This document shows positions 9,023 to 17,900 of a DNA stretch of 64,000 nucleotides, in pieces (position 1 is the first letter of the stretch; each line of letters starts with the position of its first letter). The DNA comes from Sedimentisphaerales bacterium (GTDB lineage: Bacteria; Planctomycetota; Phycisphaerae; Sedimentisphaerales; SM23-30), in the NCBI GenBank assembly GCA_963666285.1, contig OY762711.1. One strand, given 5' to 3'. The position numbers and the translations under genes were made by a program. The notes below the pieces were generated by a model that was not told where the DNA came from, made no database searches, and saw only the letters and a program-made list of their open reading frames with translations.

Positions 9023-11443
9023 TTGAATTTGTTACGATACCTTGCCATTATTGCTGTTATTATCGCTCTATCCCTGGTCGGATCAGGTATCGCCATGGGT
9101 GCGGATTTATCTGCCGAAGAGGTTATGGCAAAGGTGCTGCTCGATCAGAATGCGGCTTATGATGTTAAGTTAGCTAATGCAAAAGTTCTTCTTGCTTCTA
9201 ATGCCGGCTGTGAAAAACTGGTTATTATACTTAATGGCCAGAATCATATCGAAGCCAAAAAACTCATCTGCGAAGTGCTCAGCAAAGCCAGCCCGGAAGG
9301 GCTCTTTGTTACTAATCGCGGTATACCAGATATTTTTTTAGAGCCTTTATTCAAATGCCTCTATTCCGGTGATGCCCAGTTATCCGGCAAGGCGGCTTTG
9401 GCTCTGGCTGATTGTTTCTCTCAGAAATCCTTAGCCAGGCTCGCCGGTACTGCGGTCTCTGACCAGGCCAAACTCGAACACAGACTGGCCGCTATCTCTG
9501 CTATTGAAAATATTTCCGGGCGTGAAGCTCTTCTCAATCTGGCTGAACTGCTCAAGGATGAATTGCCCGAAATCAAAGACAGGGCTGCCCAGGCTATCTG
9601 CCAGAGACTCATGATTGACAAGGAAGATTTTGATCCGGATTATTTCACCGCTGTTGAACTGCCGAATATTCGATGGATGAGTGATGTGGAATATCTTATG
9701 TTCCAGACCAGGAACCTGTCTCGAAAAAATAAGCATCTGGCATTTGAAGAGAAAACTCTCCAGGAGCAGATGCTGTTCTGGCAGCAGAAGTATCTTAGAA
9801 GTGAAACTGACAGGTTCAACTCACTTACTCCCGATAACAAGCTTGTTATGCTCAAGGAAAAGCTGAATACCTCCCAGGAGCAGGCCGTCAGGCAATGGGC
9901 CGCCCGCCAGCTGGTTACCTGGAGCAATACCGCCAACGCTCGCGAAGGTGAAGTTGCCAGGGAAATGATCAAACTGCTCGGCGAGCTTATTACCGATGAC
10001 CAGGAATATATCAGGGTAGCTGTGGCCGAGGTGCTTAGTGTATTCGGCAATAAGGCCGGTACCGAACCGCTTATCCAGCAGCTGCTTAAACATCTTGAAT
10101 CAGAGCAGAGCCCAAAATGCCTGCGCGCGGTGTTAAATACCCTCGGACAGCTTCAGTATACTCCTGCTTTTGAACAGTGCATCAAAGTCTGGGAATCTTG
10201 CAAAGATGACGACGTTGCTGCCGCTGCGATCTCAGCTGCCGGTAAAATTTCGGCTAAAATTCCGGCTGAGGAATCTGCACGGATCAGGCTGCTGGTAGAT
10301 TCGATTACCGCTAATTTTTCTAATACAGCTGATAGTCCTGTTTTGAGAATTGCTGTTTTCCAGGCAATTAAAAAGATTATCGAAGATGAAAAATGGCAGA
10401 ATCTGGCTGCCGAACCTTTTGGCAGGCTTATCGCTGATGGACTTGCCGATAAGCTCGCCGATGTCCGGTCTCTGGCGGTCTATAGCCAGATCGCACTTTT
10501 GAAGGAACAGGCTCCGGCCAGGCTTATTGATGCCGGGCTTCTTGACGACCCGGAAGCTCCTGTCAGGTTTGCCGTTATCGAGGCTGTTGATAAATTCGGT
10601 TCCGCGAAGTATCTGGATATACTGAAAAACAGGCTCAAAGATGAACAAAGCCCGGATGTCAAGGTCAGGCTTCAGGAGGCTATGGTACATATCTTAAATT
10701 CGATGCAGGTTGACGATGTCTTCAATTGGATTGTCAATCTTCAGAACGGCTCTGAGGCTATTAGAATACTGAAACTGCAGGCGGTGGCGATTTTAAGTGA
10801 AAAGGCCAGCACCCTGAAGAGCCAGACCGGTTCTATTGACCCAAAATATGAAATTGCAATTCTGGAGTTTTCTATTGCCGATTACCTGCGCAAACAGCAG
10901 TACGAGCAGGCTGCCCAGGCGATGGTAGACCTCTTGAACATCAAAATTGACGATGCCAAGCGGGTTGAAGTCTGTGATATGATCTTCAACCTGATTTTCG
11001 ATAATAATATTGACCCCGCTAGAAGGGCTAAATCTCTTGATATTCTCCAGGTAGCAGTTACGGCAAATATTAGAGCCTACGATTCTTTACTTTCCGGTTT
11101 CCAGGAAAAATATCTCGCCGCTGCCAGTGAAACTATCGAAAATGTTCTCTTTAGAGCCAGGGTTCTCAAGCAGCTGATTTTCTCTTCTGCCAATGCCAAT
11201 AATGGCACAGAAGTTTACCTGCCTGCTGATTTCTGGGTACGGCAGGGTACTGAACTTTCTGATATTATTATCGAAAAGGTAATCGCCGGTGAACTCTCCC
11301 TGGATCAGGAAACAGCAGCAATTCTAAAAGCTATTGATATCCGCCTTGCTGATATGCCGTCGGAACCGCAGCCGCGATTAGAGTTCCTGAAAAAACTGAA
11401 GCAACCATCACCAGCTACCGCTCCTGCTGCTGCTGCCCAGTAG
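9023..11443 (+). CDS. Exported HEAT-repeat protein
   Basis: TTG start after AAGGA; N-terminal signal/TM; HEAT-like units (LKDELPEIKDRAAQAI, DDQEYIRVAVAEVL, DPEAPVRFAVIEAV). Confidence 0.75.
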   Translation: MNLLRYLAIIAVIIALSLVGSGIAMGADLSAEEVMAKVLLDQNAAYDVKLANAKVLLASNAGCEKLVIILNGQNHIEAKKLICEVLSKASPEGLFVTNRGIPDIFLEPLFKCLYSGDAQLSGKAALALADCFSQKSLARLAGTAVSDQAKLEHRLAAISAIENISGREALLNLAELLKDELPEIKDRAAQAICQRLMIDKEDFDPDYFTAVELPNIRWMSDVEYLMFQTRNLSRKNKHLAFEEKTLQEQMLFWQQKYLRSETDRFNSLTPDNKLVMLKEKLNTSQEQAVRQWAARQLVTWSNTANAREGEVAREMIKLLGELITDDQEYIRVAVAEVLSVFGNKAGTEPLIQQLLKHLESEQSPKCLRAVLNTLGQLQYTPAFEQCIKVWESCKDDDVAAAAISAAGKISAKIPAEESARIRLLVDSITANFSNTADSPVLRIAVFQAIKKIIEDEKWQNLAAEPFGRLIADGLADKLADVRSLAVYSQIALLKEQAPARLIDAGLLDDPEAPVRFAVIEAVDKFGSAKYLDILKNRLKDEQSPDVKVRLQEAMVHILNSMQVDDVFNWIVNLQNGSEAIRILKLQAVAILSEKASTLKSQTGSIDPKYEIAILEFSIADYLRKQQYEQAAQAMVDLLNIKIDDAKRVEVCDMIFNLIFDNNIDPARRAKSLDILQVAVTANIRAYDSLLSGFQEKYLAAASETIENVLFRARVLKQLIFSSANANNGTEVYLPADFWVRQGTELSDIIIEKVIAGELSLDQETAAILKAIDIRLADMPSEPQPRLEFLKKLKQPSPATAPAAAAQ

Positions 11444-11511
11444 ACCGAAATTCCTCTTCCTACTGGTTTTTCCCTTTTCCCTCGCTTCTCTTTTTTCTCT
11501 CCTCACTCTTA

Positions 11512-12774
11512 TCATCCTTTAAAGAATATCCCTGCCATACAGCCGGTCATCATACATGCCAGGTTAGACGCTATCAAAGCTCGCACTCCCACTGCCGACA
11601 GGTCTTTCTTTCGCTCCGGTGCTATTGCCGCTACCGCTCCGATAAAGATAGAAATTGATGCGATATGTGAAAAACCGCATAAACTATAGGCCGCTATGAC
11701 CGCGGTTCGTGATGATATCTCGCCTGCCTGCATTATCTCTGACAATTTGAAATATGCCGGGATCTCGGTCTGGGTAAATCTTATTCCCAGTAATTCCCCA
11801 ACGCTGTCTATCTCATTCGACGCCACTCCCATCAGGTATGCCAGCGGCTTGAATACATATCCAAATATTTCCTGCAGGGGTGATGTTATACTGCTCTCGA
11901 CCGCTATTATTCCGGTAATATGGCACAGCCATAACAAAGCCATATCCAGCAGTGCCAGCAATCCCAGGAATATTATCAGGCTTGCAGCTATCCCTACCAC
12001 CATCCGCACACCGGTCATCGATCCGTTCAGCAGAGCCTCCATCATTGTAGACTCTTTCTCATAATGAATCTCTGCTTTCTTGCCCAGTGTCAGCGGCTGG
12101 CCCGTTTCCGGGTAGATTATCTTACTCATTATTATCGCTGCCGGTGCCGACAATATCGAAGCTGATATCAAATGACCGGCAATAGTCGGAAATACATCCT
12201 GCAGATTCTTGATATATATCGCAAGTGTTGTTGATGCCACTGTTGCCATGCACGCTGTCAATACCGTGCACAATTCCGACCTTGTCATCTTCGCCAGGTA
12301 CGGTCTTATCGCGATCATCGATTCGCTGCCGACAAATATATTAGCCGCCGAACATAAACTCTCCGCTCCGCTTATATCCATTATCCGGTTGAATATGTTC
12401 GCAAATAACTTTACCAGCAGCTGCATTATCCCAAGGTAATAGAGCAGGCCCGATAACGCCGCAAAAAATATTGCCAGCGATAAACCCTGAATCGCCAGGA
12501 TAAATCCTATCGATCCGTCTGCTAACGGTCCGAACAAAAACTCTATCCCGGCCATTGCACCGGATATTATATTGATCGCCAGAGTATTCAGGTGCAAAAA
12601 TAACTCCTTGCTGCCCGGCACGAGAAATACCAGGGCTCCCAGTGCAAACTGAAACGCCAGCCCGCCAAATACGGTCTTCTTGTCAAATTTTTTCCTGTTC
12701 GCTGACAGCAGCCATGCTATCAGCAGAAATACAAACAGCCCGCAAACGCTGATTAAGTTCAATTTATATGCCAT
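11512..12774 (-). CDS. Concentrative nucleoside transporter (NupC/CNT family)
   Basis: FLFG, SGAES..AANIFVG..E, YL..MTRSEL, LCGFSH.AS..I motifs. Confidence 0.9.
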   Translation of the reverse strand: MAYKLNLISVCGLFVFLLIAWLLSANRKKFDKKTVFGGLAFQFALGALVFLVPGSKELFLHLNTLAINIISGAMAGIEFLFGPLADGSIGFILAIQGLSLAIFFAALSGLLYYLGIMQLLVKLFANIFNRIMDISGAESLCSAANIFVGSESMIAIRPYLAKMTRSELCTVLTACMATVASTTLAIYIKNLQDVFPTIAGHLISASILSAPAAIIMSKIIYPETGQPLTLGKKAEIHYEKESTMMEALLNGSMTGVRMVVGIAASLIIFLGLLALLDMALLWLCHITGIIAVESSITSPLQEIFGYVFKPLAYLMGVASNEIDSVGELLGIRFTQTEIPAYFKLSEIMQAGEISSRTAVIAAYSLCGFSHIASISIFIGAVAAIAPERKKDLSAVGVRALIASNLACMMTGCMAGIFFKG

Positions 12775-12871
12775 TCGTCTCGTCCTATAATATTATGCAT
12801 ATCTTGTTATCTGACTCAAAAAAGCCGTATTATTCAGTATATCCTGCATTATAGTTAAATTTTATCTCTAA

Positions 12872-12892
12872 ATCAGGTAAATTTTACCTGAT
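12872..12892. promoter_or_regulatory. Perfect 10-bp inverted repeat, candidate operator
   Basis: ATCAGGTAAA-T-TTTACCTGAT in the divergent transporter/flagellin intergenic region. Confidence 0.45.
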
Positions 12893-13024
12893 ATCCTATT
12901 TTCACATTTTGAACGCTAACTAATATATATTAAATTTTGGTGAAGGATATTCTCTCAAAAGAATTTCCGGGCAGAAATATATCAGCCTGTTATGGCTGAG
13001 GCAGAATAATAATATTTAGTCTAT

Positions 13025-13061
13025 AGAGGCACTATCGCACAATGCGGTGGTGCCTTTTTTT
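13025..13061 (+). terminator. Intrinsic terminator in the flagellin 5' leader (attenuator-like)
   Basis: GGCACTATCGCA-CAA-TGCGGTGGTGCC followed by T7, 57 nt before the ATG; the upstream gene is divergent. Confidence 0.7.
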
Positions 13062-13118
13062 ATGCAGAAATTTTGAAGAAAGGGTAACTATACCTGATTT
13101 TCAGGAGGCATAGTAATT

Positions 13119-14510
13119 ATGGCATTTAGCTTAAATTCATCTTTATCTAGTATGACCACGAACCTGATAAAGTTAGGCACTCAGCTTGAGATGTCAAACA
13201 CCAGGTTATCGACTGGCAAAAAAATCAACAAGGCGTCAGATGATCCGGCCGGACTCATCGCGGCGACCATGTTGAATAAGGAGATCAATGCGCTTGATGC
13301 CAAAATCAGTAGTGCTGAACGAATGAAGGCCGTTGTTGATACTGCTGATGGTGCTATGTCTGAAATTAACAGTCTCCTTACCGAGATTGACTCCGCTATT
13401 ATTGCTGCTGCCGGGTCCACCGCTACCGATGGTGAAAAGGCGGCATACCAGGCACAGATCGACGATGCTATCGATCAGATCGACCGTCTGGCCGGCACAA
13501 CGGCTTTCAATGGAAATAAACTACTGGATGGCTCGACCGGGTATTCCGTCTCTGGAGCCACTTCATCGGAAATTACAGATATTCGTGTGCATCGGGCTAG
13601 TTCTGCGACCGGTGCCTCGATTTCTGTCTCAAAGTCACGTACTGAAACTCAGGCGACACTGGAAATTATGACTGCCGCGCCGACCGGTAATATTGAGTTT
13701 ACTGTTACCGGCGAGGATGGAACCTCTACTGCGCTGACTTTTAACCAGTTTGATTCTCTTAATGATATTAGAGCTGATATAAATCTTCAAACCGGTGATA
13801 CCGGCGTCCAGGCCACTGTCTCTGGCGGTTCATTGTATCTGCTCTCTTCTGACAGTGGACGTGCCGAGTTTGCTACGGTTACTGTTACTTCCGGTGCTGG
13901 CGATTTCTCCATTACCGGCTCTTCGGCTACCGCTTACGGCACGACGACCGATACCGTTACCGCAAATGGTGTCTCGCTTACTCAGGATGTCGAAGGCAGC
14001 TATACCTATTCCGATAGCAGTACAACCGTAGAATTCAATCTCGTCGACAGCTTTACCGGCACTACCAGTTTCTCTGTCAGCGGCAGCGGGGCGGGGTGGT
14101 CGCTCAACGGTGAAGAAATAAATTTCGGTATAAACAGTATGTCAAGCTCCACGCTCGGCAATATAAATGTCGGATATCTCAGCTCGCTGAAAAGCGGTGG
14201 GGCAAACTCTATCAGCAGTGGCAATTCGTCAACTGCACAGAGTATTGTCGATGAAGCTCAAAATCAGGTGCTCACCGAGCAGGGTTACCTCGGTAGTATT
14301 AGTAAATATACTATCGATTCTTCGATTAGCGCATGGGAGTCTGGCAAAAGCTCTCTTACCGAGTCGCTCAGTGTTATCCAGGATGTTGATTATGCTTGGG
14401 AATCTGCCAATAATTCCAGGCTTCAGATCTTGTACGAAACACAGGCATCCTTGATCAGTAGTATGCTCGATATGTCCAGTAAGAATATGAGTACGCTGCT
14501 TAACTTCTAA
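13119..14510 (+). CDS. Flagellin-family protein (divergent)
   Basis: N-terminal RLSTGKKINKASDDPAGL, FNGNKLLDGS; C-terminal IQDVDYA.E....RLQIL; SD AGGAGG. Confidence 0.88.
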   Translation: MAFSLNSSLSSMTTNLIKLGTQLEMSNTRLSTGKKINKASDDPAGLIAATMLNKEINALDAKISSAERMKAVVDTADGAMSEINSLLTEIDSAIIAAAGSTATDGEKAAYQAQIDDAIDQIDRLAGTTAFNGNKLLDGSTGYSVSGATSSEITDIRVHRASSATGASISVSKSRTETQATLEIMTAAPTGNIEFTVTGEDGTSTALTFNQFDSLNDIRADINLQTGDTGVQATVSGGSLYLLSSDSGRAEFATVTVTSGAGDFSITGSSATAYGTTTDTVTANGVSLTQDVEGSYTYSDSSTTVEFNLVDSFTGTTSFSVSGSGAGWSLNGEEINFGINSMSSSTLGNINVGYLSSLKSGGANSISSGNSSTAQSIVDEAQNQVLTEQGYLGSISKYTIDSSISAWESGKSSLTESLSVIQDVDYAWESANNSRLQILYETQASLISSMLDMSSKNMSTLLNF

Positions 14511-14635
14511 AATTTAACTTGTAACACTCTAATATGATTATATTGTGAAACTTTGCACAATGGGTTTAAGCTTTAATGCTTTTTGAACTTATCTGCTTTA
14601 ACATTAATAAAGCAGAGAGGGGAGAAGTGGAGATC

Positions 14636-14698
14636 GCCCGGCATCCGGGACTTAGCCAACGTAGTTTGTTGACCAGGTCCCGGATTGTCGGGTTTTTT
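14636..14698 (+). terminator. Long GC-rich terminator-like hairpin after flagellin
   Basis: CCCGGCA-TCCGGGAC...GTCCCGGA-T-TGTCGGG followed by T6. Confidence 0.65.
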
Positions 14699-14991
14699 AT
14701 TGGCCTGATAAAAATAATCTTTAAAGGTGCCATTGGAGCACTTTAATCTTTTCTTTTCATTTGCTGTTCCGCGGCTTTGCCTTCAAACTTCACATATGTT
14801 TGATTGCTATGTGACTATTGTGCAGTTAATAGTACAATTGTGCACTTGTATTAATGTGCATTATTATGCTATAGTGACAGTAAGATTTTTGCGATATATA
14901 TATGGCATAAACTAGCGATAGAGAATAGATAGTTGTACTATCATTGCAAAGAATTGCACTATAGTAAAAGTAAAGGATTAAAGGTGTGTAT

Positions 14992-17900
14992 ATGAGCAAA
15001 AAGAGTAATACTCTTTTATGTGGGTTTTCTGTGTTTTTTCTCCTGTTATCTTCATTTTGTCTGGCTGATTTTGTTGCCTATAATGATTGTATCAGGGGTG
15101 ATGGCGATACTACTGCCGATAATGTTACCGGTTATACTATCTATAATGACTACACCTCAAATACTACCGGTAACCTCATAGATTTTGCCACCGGTGAAAC
15201 AACTTCTGTTACCGCCGCGTTTTCATGGAATGCCTCTACCGGGCTCGATACCAGTGAGACTTCTGGCTCAGCAGACGGCATCAGTCAGCCGCGGCCGGGT
15301 ACTCCTGCTTACGATGTCTTCGGCGGAATTGTAGATTTTTCTAACAGGCTTGTATATTACGGTTCGTCTGGCTGGTGGGTAGAAATAGAATTCTCCGGCC
15401 TTAAGCCAAACAGTACTTATTCATTTGCCACTACTGCTATTCGTGCCAATGATTATACCGGGCGGTACACTCTCTTTACTATCTCCGGTTATACCAGTGC
15501 CGTGAATATGAGCTCTGATGATATTTATTATAAAAGTGGCAACAAGACTATCCTTTCAGCTCCCGGCAATCACAGGGATACAACGGGCTATATTGTTCGA
15601 TGGGACGATATTCAAGTCGCTGATCAAGGTGACGGTACCGGCTCTTTTACCGTCCGCGCCGAAGCGTATGATTTTTATAAAGCTTATCCGTTCGGTGGTT
15701 TTATGCTGTCCGAGGTCTCTTCCAACAGCAAACCGAATGTCAGTGCCGGCGATGACCTGGTAGTGGAATATCCTATCGAGTATATAACCTTAAACGGCTC
15801 TGTTGCAGATGACGGCGAAGGTATTCCTCAAGGGTTCCTTGAAAGTGCATGGTCACAGGTGTCCGGACCGGCTGATGTCGAGTTTGTTACAGGTATAGAT
15901 AACGAAGATGTCACTGTCAGATTTCCTGAAATCGGTGAATATACTCTACAGCTTTATGCCACTGATGGTGAGTTCGATTCTTACGATCAGGTTACTGTAA
16001 CTATCGCTGAACCTTCCTGCCCGATTGGTGATATCGGCGGCGATTGTATCGTAGAGATGGCTGATATGGTTCAGCTTGCCGCTGACTGGCTTGATGATAC
16101 TAACGCCGCTGCTGACCTGAACGGCGACTCGATTGTTTCTATGATTGAGGTCTCGCTGCTCGCCCAGAGCTGGCAGCAGAACTGGACCGGATCGCTCCAG
16201 GTAAACATTTCGCCAGTCGATGCTGTAAACGCTGGCGCACGCTGGCGCGTTGATGGCGGCAGCTGGCTTTCTTCCGGCAGCATTGTTACTGCATTACCGG
16301 AAGGCAGTCATACTATCGAGTATGCAGCTGTTACCGGCTGGGTAGCTCCTGACCTGGAAACTGTATATGTTACTCGCCGGCAGGAAGCCCTGCTTGATGC
16401 TGTTTATGAAGTGCCGGTTCAGACTCTCGCTATAAATGAGTTCATGGCTGTTAATTCTAATCTGCTCGATATTCGCCCACAGCCGGAAACCAATATCTAC
16501 ACCTCTGTCAACGGCGAGCCGGCCTATGATGACTGGATCGAAATCAAGAATATGACCGATGATACTGTCAGCCTTGACGGCTGGTATCTCACCGACAATC
16601 CTGACAATCTTACCAAGTGGCAGTTCCCGGAGGGATATTCGATAACGGGTCAAGGCTATTTTACTGTCTTTGCGTCAGATAAAGATAGCGAAAAATATGG
16701 ATATCCTTATATTGACGATGACGGCAGTCTTCATACCAATTTCGACCTCAAAAACAGCGGCGAATATCTCGCTCTGGTTCAGCCTGACGGTGTAACCATA
16801 GAACAGCAGTTCAGTGACTATCCTCGTCAGCGTGGCTTGGTCTCCTATGGCTCAGCTTCTGATGATGTCGATAATATCGGATATCTCACCAGCCCGACCT
16901 TTGCCGCTGCTAACTCAGCTATCTATGATGGACTTGTAGAAGATACTAAATTCAGTATCGATCGTGGTTTTTATGATGAACCTTTCGACCTTGAGATTAC
17001 TTGTGATACTGTTGACGCTCAGATTTACTATACCATTGACAATTCCGAACCGACCGAAACCAATGGTACTCTTTATACTGGTCCGATCACTATTTCTTCT
17101 ACAACCTGTCTGCGTGCTGCTGCTTTCAAATCTGGGCTGCTCCAGTCAAACATAGACACACAGACCTATCTGTTCCTCGATGATGTGCTTACTCAGGCTA
17201 CGGGTTCTTCCGGTTCACAGGTTACACCTACAGGGTACCCGGTATATTGGGTTAGCAGGTACAATGGTGCTACGGTAGCTGGCGACTATCAGGTTGACCC
17301 GGATATAACCGACCCGGACGGATTGTATGGCTCTGTCTATGCCGATGGCTTTAAAGACGATCTGCAGGCAATTCCTAGTATATCTCTTGTTATGCCGATC
17401 GAACTGCTGTTTGGATCTTACGGCATATATGTCGACCAGAATCAGGACGGTACCGAGCGTGCCGGGTCTGTTGAGTTCCTCGATCCGACCGGCACCGAAA
17501 AATTCCATACCAACTGCGGCATACGTATGCAGGGCGGTGTTACTGATATCGGCGGCACAACTCTGGACCGATGGAAATGCTACAAACTTTCGTTCCGTCT
17601 TATGTTCCGCGGCATCTTTGGCGGTCAACTTGACTATAAACTGTTCGACGATAGTGATGTCGATACTTTCAATACCATTGTTCTGGACTCACGCCCTCAA
17701 AATACCTGGGTACATAGCGACGCCGTCCAACGCACACACGGCGAATATGTTCGCGACCAGGTCGCCTCTAATACCCAGATTGCTATGGGCGGCTATGCCT
17801 GTCACGGCAGACCGGTACACGTATATCTCAACGGCATGTACTGGGGACTTTACTGGATGCACGAACGACCCGACGCTGCCTTTGCCGCTTCATATCTCGG

